Positions 1-12,700 of a DNA stretch of 64,000 nucleotides are shown piece by piece. The translations under genes were made by a program, and so were the position numbers. The stretch is from Macrostomum lignano (Eukaryota), in contig NIVC01000049.1 in the NCBI GenBank assembly GCA_002269645.1, positions 62,001 to 126,000 on the forward strand, written 5' to 3'. The notes under the pieces are model-generated. The model was not told the origin of the DNA. It ran no database searches and saw only the letters and a list, made by a program, of their open reading frames with translations. Each line of letters begins with the position of its first letter. Position 1 is the first letter of the stretch.

Positions 1-3000
1 ACAAAATCTGCGATCAGGTCAGCGATGCAGTTCTAGATGCCCACCTGAAGCAGGATGCCAATGCTAAAGTGGCCTGCGAGTGCTTCACCAAGACTGGCAT
101 GATTATGGTTGGCGGCGAGATCAGCTCAACCGCTATTGTGGATTATCAGCGCGTCATTCGCGAGACAATCCGCCAGATTGGCTACGACGATTCTAGCAAA
201 GGCTTCGATTATAAGACTTGCAATGTGCTAGTGGCGCTTGAAGAGCAGAGCCCGGACATTGCTCAGGGTGTCCACGTCGCCCGAGCTGACGATGACATTG
301 GCGCTGGCGATCAGGGACTTATGTTTGGCTATGCCACCGACGAGACTGAGGAGTGCATGCCGCTCACCATTGTGCTGGCCCATGGGCTCAATGCTAGGCT
401 GGCCCAGTGCAGACGTGACGGCACTCTTCCTTGGCTGAGGCCCGACACCAAAACTCAGGTTGGTTGAAGCCAGAGAAAGTCAGTATGTGTGCTAATGAGG
501 CTACTTTTGATTCAGTAAAGAGTTGAGGATCTAGAAGCCCTCTCACCCTAACCCCTTGGTTAAATCATTATTAACCTAGTTGCAAGTTAAGTCAAGTTGC
601 AATTGTAGTTTTGCATCTGGGTGACCTGAAGCAATGCAGAGTTAAGTGTCTTGCTCAAGGACGCGAATTTTTCCAGTGGGTTCGGGAGTGGGATAGTGAG
701 TCCGACGCTAAAATCACTGGGCTACAACCCCCCACTAGGCTACACCCCCCACTAGGCTACAACCCCCCACTAGGCTACAACCCCCCAACTAGGCTACAAA
801 CCCCCACTAGGCTACAAACCCCCACTAGGCTACAACCCCCCACTAGGCTACAACCCCCCACTAGGCTACAACCCCCCACTAGGCTACAACCCCCCACTAG
901 GCTACAACCCCCAACTAGGCTACAAACCCCCACTAGGCTACAACCCCCCACTAGGCTACAACCCCCCCCACTAGGCTACAACCCCCACTAGGCTACAACC
1001 CCCGACTAGGCTACAACCCCCCACTAGGCTACAACCCCCCACTAGGCTACAACCCCCCACTAGGCTACAACCCCCACTAGGCTACACCCCCCACTAGGCT
1101 ACAACCCTCCACTAGGCTACAACCCCCCCCACTAGGCTACAACCCCCGACTAGGCTACAACCCCCCACTAGGCTACAACCCCCCACTAGGCTACAACCCC
1201 CGACTAGGCTACAACCCCCCACTAGGCTACAACCCCCCACTAGGCTACAACCCCCCCCACTAGGCTACAACCCCCCACTAGGCTACAACCCCCACTAGGC
1301 TACAACCCCCCCACTAGGCTACAACCCCCACTAGGCTACAACCCCCCCACTAGGCTACAACCCCTATTAATTTGATTAGTTATTGCAAATAATTAATTTG
1401 TACAATCGCACAAAAAATGACACCATCTCAATTGCGCCAACCCTTAACCCGCCTTCTCAAGGTAACTGTTGAGTACAAAGACGAGAACGGCGCCTGTGTA
1501 CCGCTGCGCATTCACACCATCGTTGTCAGCACCCAGCACGACGACAACATCACCCAGGAGAAGCTGCGCCACGATGTTATGGAGCACGTAGTTAAAGCCG
1601 TCTGCCCCAAGGAGATGCTGGACGAGCGCACCGTCTACCATCTGAACCCGTCTGGCCGGTTCGTCATCGGCGGCCCGCAGTCTGACGCGGGTCTCACTGG
1701 CCGCAAGATTATCGTTGATACCTACGGCGGCTGGGGCGCCCACGGCGGCGGCGCATTCTCTGGCAAAGATTTCAGCAAAGTGGACAGATCGGCCGCCTAC
1801 GCCGCCCGTTGGGTTGCCAAATCGTTGGTGAAAGCCAAGCTGTGCCGCCGGGTGCTGGTTCAGATCAGCTACGCCATCGGCGTCGCCAAACCGCTGGCCG
1901 TCTATCTCAACTCCTACGGCACCGGCGCCAAGTCTGACGAGGAACTGCTGCGGATTGTTGAGACCAACTTCGACCTGCGGCCTGGCCGGATCGTCAAGTG
2001 AGTGACAACTCATGGTTGCTCAGCTGTTTTGGGTCAAGACTCTCAGATTCTTATTTGCTAAATACTTAACTCCGCTGCAGGCTCAGCACAAAGCTTATCC
2101 TCTCTCTCCCAGACCCTTCAAACTTCAAAGTTAATCGCGCTCTCTCAGATCCTTCACAAGAAAAATCATCTCCCTCCCAGATCCTTCGAAGATAATCCGC
2201 TCCCTTCCAGATCATTCAAAAGATAATCCGTTCCCTCCCAGATCATTCAAAAGATAATCCGCTCCCTCCCATATCATTCAAAAGATAATCCGCTCCCTCC
2301 CATATCATTCAAAAGATAATCCGCCCCCTCCCATATCATTCAAAAGATAATCCGCTCCCTCCCATATCATTCAAAAGATAATCCGCTCCCTACCAGATCA
2401 TTCAAAAGATAATCCGTTCCCTACCAGATCATTCAAAAGATAATCCGTTCCCTACCAGATCATTCAAAAGATAATCCGTTCCCTCCCAGATCATTCAAAA
2501 GATAATCCGCTCCCTCCCATATCATTCAAAAGATAATCCGCTCCCTCCCATATCATTCAAAAGATAATCCGCTCCCTCCCATATCATTCAAAAGATAATC
2601 CGTTCCCTACCAGATCATTCAAAAGATAATCCGTTCCCTACCAGATCATTCAAAAGATAATCCGTTCTCTACCAGATCATTCAAAAGATAATCCGCTCCC
2701 TCCCATATCATTCAAAAGATAATCCGCTCCCTCCCATATCATTCAAAAGATAATCCGCTCCCTCCCATATCATTCAAAAGATAATCCGCTCCCTCCCATA
2801 TCATTCAAAAGATAATCCGTTCCCTACCAGATCATTCAAAAGATAATCCGTTCCCTACCAGATCATTCAAAAGATAATCCGTTCCCTACCAGATCATTCA
2901 AAAGATAATCCGTTCCCTCCCATATCATTCAAAAGATAATCCGCTCCCTCCCATATCATTCAAAAGATAATCCGCTCCCTCCCATATCATTCAAAAGATA

Positions 3001-4471
3001 ATCCGTTCCCTACCAGATCATTCAAAAGATAATCCGTTCCCTACCAGATCATTCAAAAGATAATCCGTTCCCTACCAGATCATTCAAAAGATAATCCGTT
3101 CCCTCCCAGATCATTTAAAAGATAATCCGCTCCCTCCCAGATCATTCAAAAGATAATCCGTTCCCTCCCAGATCATTCAAAAGATAATCCGTTCCCTACC
3201 AGATCATTTAAAAGATGATCCGTTCCCTCCCAGATCATTCAAAAGATAATCCGCTCCCTCCCATATCATTCAAAAGATAATCCGTTCCCTCCCAGATCAT
3301 TCAAAAGATAATCCGTTCCCTCCCATATCATTCAAAAGATAATCCGCTCCCTCCCATATCATTCAAAAGATAATCCGTTCCCTACCAGATCATTTAAAAG
3401 ATAATCCGTTCCCTCCCATATCATTCAAAAGATAATCCGCTCCCTCCCATATCATTCAAAAGATAATCCGTTCCCTACCAGATCATTTAAAAGATAATCC
3501 GTTCCCTACCAGATCATTCAAAAGATAATCCGCTCCCTCCCATATCATTCAAAAGATAATCCGCTCCCTACCAGATCATTTAAAAGATAATCCGTTCCCT
3601 CCCAGATCATTTAAAAGATAATCCGCTCCCTCCCATATCATTCAAAAGATAATCCGTTCCCTCCCATATCATTCAAAAGATAATCCGTTCCCTCCCAGAT
3701 CATTTAAAAGATAATCCGTTCCCTCCCAGATCATTCAAAAGATAATCCGTTCCCTACCAGATCATTCAAAAGATAATCCGTTCCCTCCCAGATCATTCAA
3801 AAGATAATCCGTTCCCTCCCAGATCATTCAAAAGATAATCCGTTCCCTACCAGATCATTCAAAAGATAATCCGCTCCCTCCCAGATCATTCAAAAGATAA
3901 TCCGTTCCCTCCCAGATCATTCAAAAGATAATCCGTTCCCTACCAGATCATTTAAAAGATAATCCGTTCCCTACCAGATCATTCAAAAGATAATCCGCTC
4001 CATACATGCGCATTGCGCAACCTTGGGAATCACCCGGCCGTTTCTATTGGCAACACACACATGTAAGTCGCTATTGGCTGAGAGCAGTCACGTGACTACT
4101 ATTCTGTCCAATAGCGACATACATGTGTGTGTTGCCAATAGAAACGGCCGAGTGAATCCCAAGGTTGCGCCCAAGCATGATCCGCTCCCTCCGATCATTC
4201 ATGAGGATCCACCCTCAGATCCCTCTGAACACTAACCCCTAATCAGACACTGCCTGACTTGCTAAGTTCAAGCTGAAATGTATGCATGAAATGTATGAAA
4301 ATGCAAAAATTTCACTCCTAAATGATGCAACGCTTGACTAATCCCAAACTCCTAATCCCCACCCGCAGGGACCTGGAGCTCCGCAAGCCGATCTACCAGA
4401 AGACCTCGTGCTACGGCCACTTCGGCAATCCGGAATTCTCCTGGGAGATGGCAAAGGAGCTGAAATTTTAA
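1..4471 (+). CDS. MAT: S-adenosylmethionine synthetase (methionine adenosyltransferase), 5' end outside window; exons <1-458, 1462-1997, 4369-4471
   Basis: Translation gives [65 protein letters not shown] and a C-terminus [28 protein letters not shown]. Junctions are phase-compatible GT/AG: CAG|GT at 459, AAG|G at 1461, AA|GTGAGT at 1998, CAG|G at 4368. Confidence 0.97.
719..1364. repeat. 18-bp minisatellite (CTAGGCTACAACCCCCCA)n in MAT intron, C-run length variable
   Basis: About 35 tandem copies read directly; the C5-C8 variation may partly be sequencing error. Confidence 0.95.
2170..4000. repeat. 31-bp minisatellite (AGATAATCCG[C/T]TCCCT[C/A]CCA[G/T]ATCATTCAAA)n in MAT intron
   Basis: Period 31 (2221 to 2252), about 59 copies, with degenerate copies at both edges. 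Confidence 0.95.
4001..4179. mobile_element. Foldback (hairpin) MITE, hAT-like
   Basis: Arms of ~63 bp (4015-4077 and 4108-4170) are near-perfect inverted repeats. Left terminus is CATACATGCG. ATCCGCTC flanks both sides (3993-4000, 4180-4187), though this is confounded by the host repeat. A second, inverted copy lies at ~13623. Confidence 0.8.
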
Positions 4472-6704
4472 AACTGCGTCAGTTTCTTCTCTTTAACATC
4501 GTCAATAACTGGATATTAATGGAACAGTGAAGCTGATAGTAACGTTTCGATAATATGATTAGCAGATTTGACTAACTCGAAAAGTACAGTGCTGCTTTCA
4601 CCAACCTACCGGCAACAAGCTAATCCAAACTCATTAAAATACTCGTGGAAAAGTGCTTTTTAAACATTTCTTTAGCATTGGCTCTGTCAGCCCGACACTG
4701 CCACCACTTAATCAGCGAGCTATTTTGTTTGCTTGTTTGTTTAACTGCATTCATCTATTTCCTTACATATGTACTGTAAGTAGTTGACATAGATACTTAC
4801 AAGATTATAAAGTATTTTCGGGCCAACTCAATTCCAGTTTTACTAAAATAACAGTAAAGCAAGAAGTTTTTTAACTACTGATGCCTCTTGGTGTATAGCT
4901 ATTGATTTTTCTCATTAATTTTCTCTATTTGATTTAAAAATCCGCGGGTAATTAAGATTCATATTTTAGGTTATTAAATTAACTTTACTCCCAATTAAAT
5001 TTGAGTCGTGTGCTCAGCCTGATAAAGGGCTTTACATAGCAGTTTTCTATCTTGCAATAGCATTCTGTTCCCAGATCCATACCATTATCTTACTGGTTGC
5101 CTTTTAACTTATTATTATTATTTTCATTTTGCTACTATATTAATTTTGTAATCTCGGTATTCCATGATGTTTGCAGTTCCGTTTGTTTACCTTCCAGTGC
5201 GCGAGATTCAATAAGGTTTTCTGTCTTGATCTTGTGCCAAGACTTGACTACTAAACAGGAAGGGGTTGTTTTTAATAAGTTTTTTATCTAAGTTTTGCGG
5301 AATTTGCTGTCAGCAAGCTGTGCTGCTCTTCGAGAGTCAAAGCTCTTAATAACCGTTTTTGCCTGTCACAAGGAGAAATAAAATAAACTAACATCTTATT
5401 GCGAATGCGAAAAAAGCATCAAATCTTCAAAAACGCTGACTTCATAGATGTACGAGCCGTATAATTATGCATAGTTCGTTACAATGTACATTTTTACAGA
5501 GGCCTGATGGAACCCGTATTGTCTCTCTGCATCACCGCTGTAGATTGATTATTTACATGTAGTACACATCACATGTATATGCAAGCATATTACATTTTTG
5601 TAAGACATACTCGTACTCAGCAACGCAGAAACCACCACACCCTTGGACAGGAAGCCAGAGTTAAAAACATTTTGCCCTCACTTGCAGTGTAGTGAGCTGA
5701 AGTCAATCGCTCGGCCAATACTGGGGGTTTTCAATTTTGCGTATTGTATATCCAAGGCTGAATAATAGATTTTTATTCTTGGGGGTTACGCCACCACTCA
5801 CACGCAGAATATTAAGCTAATAGTATGTATGTAGTTGCAACTCGATCAGTACAGTTGGCGTCCTGTCTGCGTACTGCGTACGTATCCGGGCGCACCTGCT
5901 CAGGGGTAGACGGAATGAGCAGTAATGCCTCTCGCCGGTTGGGGTGACGCTCGAAACAAAAGTTGGCTTTATAACAAAAGGATTGTTTTGTGATTACCCT
6001 TGATCTTGTTTACAAAGCCTTTACTGCTTTCAAACGCTAAATACGTGTAACAATTTTATCTACTTACATCATGCATGTACCGTACATGCATTATGATGTA
6101 CGCAATGCATGCACACTTAAAAAGCATTATCAGGTGACGGTCGTCGGTCTGACACTTAATTCTTTAGAAGTATTCGCGGAATTAGCTAATTCAAAAGCCT
6201 ACTTTGCTTACTTACTAAATTTAAACAAAAACGCTTAACACACGTGTTTATTAATATTTTTAGTTAATAAGTAATACTTAACTCTTTTAGCATAGACCTA
6301 AAATACTTTTTAATTTTCCTAAATTGTAAATTATTACAAACAAATAAATGTTTGCTTCTTAGAAACCCAAATTACATGACCGAATGAATTTAAAATTTTG
6401 TCGTGACTCGTGCATGCATTAGCATTTCTTTCGAATAAAATTTCTAACCACGCTGCCACGCTTACAAGTACATAACTAGTGGTGAGAAGCTTAGTGTGTA
6501 GCAAAAAATCGCAGTTTATTTTATGACAAAATCGTATAATAATTAAAAGCTGTTATTACTAGGCCTAACTTTCTATTTTTTAGCCTTCGATTCTGGGAAT
6601 TTATGAAGCCTTAGTTAGGTCTAACTTGATTTTGGGACACGTTTTTCTCACTAAAATTGTAGCCTAGCCTGTAAGTCAAAGGTAAAGTCGGTTTAATAGC
6701 CAAA

Positions 6705-9700
6705 ATGCATGTCAGCACCTATTTTAGTCTTAGACCATCATCCATGTTATGGTATTTGCTTATGATTCTTGCAAGGCTTAGGGATGATATGGTCTCTTTT
6801 ATAAGGCTCTTTATTTTTAGGTTTCCCTTTTCTTACTTTTGGGAGAAGTCAAATAACCTTGTACTTTATATACACAATGCTACTAGAGACTTGACAAAAA
6901 TACCAAAGCATATATCTTTCATTGTCATGGAAGATGATGTTGATGTTGCTGCATTAAGTGAAGCAATTGTATGGTGTATAGTATTAGGCATATCATGTAT
7001 TAGTATTGCTGACAAACAAGGTAAGAATTAATATACCTAATTCTAATTAATATTATTATAAAGCTTTTTGTGTTTTTTATTGCATTTTATAAAAGTTTAA
7101 ACCCATGTTATTTATTTAGTTTAAACCTATTTATAATGTATGCTTGCTTAAATAGAATTTCTTCTTTAGTAGGCCAATTGATTATTTTTGATTTTATTTT
7201 GTCTAGATTATGTAGTAGTATATACTGGAACAAGTATCCTATCTTAACTAAATGTATGCCAGTATATATGCCAAAGACAGAATTCTAATAAATTGTATGC
7301 CAAAAAATTCTCCTAAAAATTATTCAGTTTTCACAGGTTTTAAAATAATATGGTATAATAAATCTCTACATATAAAAATCAAAACTCTGTCTGTGTGTGT
7401 GTCTATGCCATAGTCGGAAAGGTGGCACAGTGTGCGCCGGAACTATTTTGATGGCTTTTGAGCACTGTGCGCCGTGCGCCGTGAAGAAAAGATTTTGTGC
7501 TAAAAAAGATTTATTTTTTACCGGTTAATTAATAATTCACTGGTAAACAAATTTGAATTTACGGTTGACAAATTTGAATTTCATTTACATATTTTATATC
7601 GTGATTTACGTAATTTTAGTACTCTTTGATAGTATAATAACGAATATAACTATAACGAAGTATAACTATATATTTTTTCAGCACCATGTGCCATGTGCGC
7701 CACTAGAGTGTTTCCAATTTCTTGTGTGCTATGTGCCATCTGCGCCGCCAGAGCATTTCCAATTTTTCCTTGTACGCCGTGTGCACCGTGTATGCCCAAA
7801 AAAGGTCAATTTGCGCCGGAAAATTCACCAAAAACTGCCACCTTCCCAGCTATGGTGTCTATGTACAATTTTGATCGCTATGGACTCCCAAACCGCTCAA
7901 CCAAATGATACCAAACTTTACACCCACCCTAAACTTACTACGGAGAATGTCTTAGGCTACCTTTAAATTTCCTAGACTCAAGTCTTCCCATCTAAAAGTA
8001 CAAAAACTGCTCAAAATGTGCGATTTTTTCACTTAATCATCCATAGCGCTGCTTCACTTCTACCGATTCTCTTCAAATGTGACGCAATCAATCTTCAACT
8101 ATTTTGATACAATCGTGTAAATTTTCAAATCTCAAAGTTAATCCTGAAAGGCGCTGTGCACTTTTAAAGTTAGGTTGTTTTTTTCAGCGTAGCAACCACC
8201 CCAACCTCCGCCCGCCTCTCTTTCCCAATCTGGGCCTAGATGTGTGAAAGTAGTTTCAAAATTGACTAACTTTCAGCTGCTATAAGTTTGCTCCACGTAA
8301 AAGGATTGACTTCAAACTTGACACAATTCTTCATTGACTCATTCTCTATCTAAATGTAAAGTTTCAACTCTGTAACTCAACCGAAAAAGAAACTGTAAGC
8401 ATGTAAAGTTTGTCTGCTTTTTCTGTTATTTGTTCCACTCACTCACTCATTCCCCCAGCCCAGACGAAGGGTCAGGCGATAGGGCTGAATGTACATAGCA
8501 AATGTACAGTGTTTTGGAATAACTTTTTAATAGCCTTCTCTGTACCCCCACGCGTGGAGAGGCTACGTTTAGCCATGACAGTTTAGTGAGAAATTCTAAC
8601 CACTGTCCTCTGTATTGGCAAACTCTGCAGCAGTTTAACAGTGGATGGCAAATCGAGGGAATCCAGCATGGTTTGTAAAAGCGAAAGATTTATGAAAAGG
8701 CGATGCAATGCAATACAACCCTACTAAATTAGTCATACCATGGAAATTTTAGGTTTCTCTTAAAAGTACTTTAAATTTTAAATGTCCTCCTAAGAAATGC
8801 GTATTTCCTTGGTTGTTAGACTGATGCAGACTGCAGTGGAGTTGAAAATACACAAATTCCTTTCAGGACTGCAAATTGGCAAGAAAGATGACATGATCAA
8901 AGCATGAGAACAGCCATGAGAGTACTACGTCCCACAAACTGGCTTTCCAAGCAGGAATGGGTAGACTTTTACTTCAAAAGCCAGATAAAGAATCCAGTAT
9001 CCAGCTTATGTGCGGGCCAGATGAGAGTGGAAAGGAGAAGGAATAGACTATTAGAAGAGAGAAAAGGCGAGAGGGGGATATGAGAAAACATGGAATATAG
9101 GAGAAGAGACAAGTGGTGAGGAGAGAGCAGAGAAGAAGGGAGGAAGAAGCGAGAGGAGGGGAGAAAGGAGGGAGAGGAAAGAGTAAAGGTGAGAAGACGG
9201 GAGAGATGAGACAGAGGATCGATGAGAGGAGAGTAGAGAAGAGTGAGAAGAGAGTAGAGATGAGAGAGCAGAAAGAAGATGACAGAGGGTCAAGAGGAGA
9301 GGAGAGATTAGAGAGGAGAGAGTAGAAAGGATAGAAAAGAGAGGAGATAAGAGGGGGAGAGAAGGGGTGAGAAGAGAAGAGATAAAGATAAGAGAGGGGT
9401 GTAAGAAGATGGGAGAAAGGAGAGATGAGAGAGTAAAAGGAAGAGGAGGAGAGAGGAAAAAGATGAGATTGTAGAGATGAGACAGATGAAAGAAGAGATG
9501 AGAGATAAAAAAGGTGAGAGGAGAGTGCAGAGAGACGAGAGAAGATAATAGAGGAGAGAGAGAGTATAGAAGAGGGAAGAGAAAAGAAGAGAGGAGTAAG
9601 GAAAGAGAGGAGTCAGAAAAGGTGAAAGAGAAGAGTACAGAGGAGATAAGTGAGAGAACGTATAAGAGAGTAAAGATGACAGATGAGAGAGCAGATGAAC

Positions 9701-12700
9701 AGACAAGAGATGGGAGAGTACAGAGAACAGAGGAGAGATAAGAGATAAGAGATAAGAGATTACAGAGACTAGAGGAGAGAGGAGAGACAGGGAGAGAGAA
9801 GAGGAAATAGGAGAATGAAGAGGGGAGAGAGTAGAGAAGAGAAGAGAGATTGGAGAGGAGAGAGAGAGAGAGAGAGAAAGAGAAGGGAAAGAGAAAGGAA
9901 GAAGAGAGAAGAAGAGAAAGGACAGATGAAAGAGCAGACAAGAGAGAAGAGAGGTGAGGGAAAAGACAAGTGACGAGGGGAGAGAGAAGATATAAAACAA
10001 GAAAAGAGATGAGAGGAAAGAGAGAGAGGAAAGAGGAGGGAAGAGACAAGAGAAGAGGGGAGAGAGGAGAGAGAGGAAAGAGTAGAGAGGAGAGATGAGA
10101 GAGTAGAGGAGAGAGTTAAGAGAAGAGAGAAAAGAATAGAGAGGAGAAGGAAGAGACGAGAGAAGAAGGGGAGAGAGGAGAGAGGAGAGGAGGGAGAAAA
10201 CAAAAGAGTAGAGAGGAGAGAGGAGAGCAGAGAGAAAACGAAAAGTAGAAAGGAGAGAGGAGAAGAGAGAGAAAAGAATAGGGAAGAGAGATGAGGGAAG
10301 ATACAAGAGAAGAGAGGAGAGAAGAGAGAGGAGAGACAAGGGATGAGAGAGAAGAAAGGAAAGAGACGATAGAAATTTTAAAGGATCCAAGGGACATAGG
10401 GAGAGTCAGAGAGAGGCCAGAGTTTGCCAATACATGTTTTAGAGTCAGACAGACATTGCCTGGCATTCTGTGGAGTACCCCAGCAAACAATATCAACGTT
10501 TGCCTCAAACCCTAATTTTACACAAATGTGCTCCATTTTATGTCTACCTCTATCCTACTATTAATTTGTTTGTGTATGGCCTTAGATTTCAGAATATATG
10601 CAAAAGTAGTTCCGGGGATTAGAATTCCCCGGGTTCAAAATCCGCGGGTTTCAACAGCTTGTATAATATAATAAATAAATGAAAAAATATATATACACTC
10701 ATATACATAGTCTGGATCATGCTAGGTACACGCCTGAACAAAAATCAATAATTACAAATGCACACCAAGAAAAATTGAGTGCATGCCTGTTCTTAAAACT
10801 CTGCTAGTGTTGCAACAATAAATGTCCTTTTTTACATTGTGAAAATCAATGACATTTTTTCATTGCATAATAGACCTTTTTTGACAGATAATTTGGTTTC
10901 TGCTTTTTGGCAATACTTTTACAGTGGAAAATTGATATTAATAGGCAAATATTTGTTTAAATGCCTTATTATGAGCTTAAAAACCCAGAAAATGAGAAAT
11001 TTATGCTTAAAAATGAACTTTTTTCACCCTTTTTTCAATTTCATAATAACTCTTCTATGTGTTTTTTTAAAGTGCACACTAGGTATATTTTGTTAAGAGT
11101 GATATATACCAACTATGCACATCTACTTTTGGTGTGCAAGGCCAATGCACACATACATGCGCAACAGTCGGCCGAGTCGGCCAATCCGGCTGACCGATTT
11201 GGCGGCCAACCAAGGAAGTCGCAAAAATGCCCACCCAAAAAATAACCGAAGTAGTAATACTAAGTAGCTGACGAGGCATTTTAGCTTAATAAAACAGTCC
11301 TAGTTACTCCTGCCGTTTACCCAAAGTTGCGTTAATTTTGCTTTCGGGTTTTGTTATATGTAAGTCGCATTTTTGGCCAAAAACTACGTCGCATTTTTGT
11401 TAAAACTAAGTCGCACGGCTGACCGAATTTTGGAGGTTGCACATGTATGAATGCATACCCAAATTTTTAGGTATATACTATATGATCCAGAGTCTGGACT
11501 CATATATATGGGCCAAGCAGCTATGTAAAGTTTGGGCTTTCAGTCAAATATTTAAAAGAATCTATTTGGCAGAATGTGAAGCCTAGCTTTTGCAATGCAA
11601 TGTATACTTCAACCTAAATTATCTATGGTCACAAATTTTAGAAATCTTACCAAGTTACTATTTTGTATAAGCAAAAAATCAAACCTTTTATTTATTGTAA
11701 CTCATTTCAGTATTTTACTCAATTTCATCTATAGAAAAGTATTTCATTTTTAGTATGTTCTGTTGGCAAGCAACTCAAGGACAGAAAGACAACTACTAAC
11801 TTTAGGCACCAATAAAAGTACTTTGAAACTGTCTCTAGTTAGTTTGTGACCATAGATAATTATAGATGAAGTATGCATTGTATTCATACATGCGCAACAG
11901 TTGGCCAAGTTGGCCGATCCGGCCGACCGATTTGGTGGCCAACCAAGGAAGTCGCAAAAATGCCCACCCGAAAAGTAGTACTTACTACTTAGTAGTACTA
12001 TTTAGTAGTACTAAGTAGCTAATGAGGCATTTTGGCCTTATAAGACAGTCAAAGTTACTTCTGCCATTTAACCAAGGTTGCGTTAATTTTGCTTTAGGGT
12101 TTTTCATATGTAAGTTGCATTTTTTTGGCCAAAAACTACATCCCATTTTTGTTAAAACTAAGTCGCATGGCCAACCGAATTTTGGAGTTGCGCATGTATG
12201 GTTGTATTGCAGAAGCTAGGCTTTACATTCTGCCTGATAGATTCTTTTAAATATTCAACTAAGAGCCCTAACTTTATATAGCTACTTGGCCCATATACAT
12301 GAATGTATATATAATTTTTTGTTCATTTATATACCACAGTTTCAAAGTTACTATGGGAGGCTAATTACTTTTGGAACACTGGATTTATAAAATACACATT
12401 TTGCCTTACCTTTGTTTTACATAAACATTTATTTACATCAAATTTTTCATTCTTGGCATGAATTTATATACCAAAATTTGTTTGCCAATTTTGAAAGAAG
12501 TAATTTGTACATTGGAATGTTCTGGTATATAAATTTTAGTTGATTAGTCATTAATTAAATTTCTTACTTTTCAAAAAAAGTTTTTATCTTTAGCATTAGA
12601 TCTTGTTTTGAACTAAGTAAATATCCTTATTGTTTATAGCTAGTCCTATGTCCTTCAACCATTTACTACAAATGTTAATTAGAAGTTTCAGTGCTTTGAA

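Noticed and set aside
5860-5970. GC-rich hairpin with CGAAAC suggesting a hammerhead ribozyme
   Set aside because: No CUGAnGA core or consistent three-stem pairing found.
9051-10515. S/L/F-rich and E/R-rich ORFs (also 38115-38915, 40987-41776, 50025-50768)
   Set aside because: They arise from purine/pyrimidine strand asymmetry and lie in introns or spacers.
10605-10660. GGTTCAAAATCC B-box-like motif (tRNA or SINE)
   Set aside because: No cloverleaf or A-box; looks like a palindromic MITE fragment.
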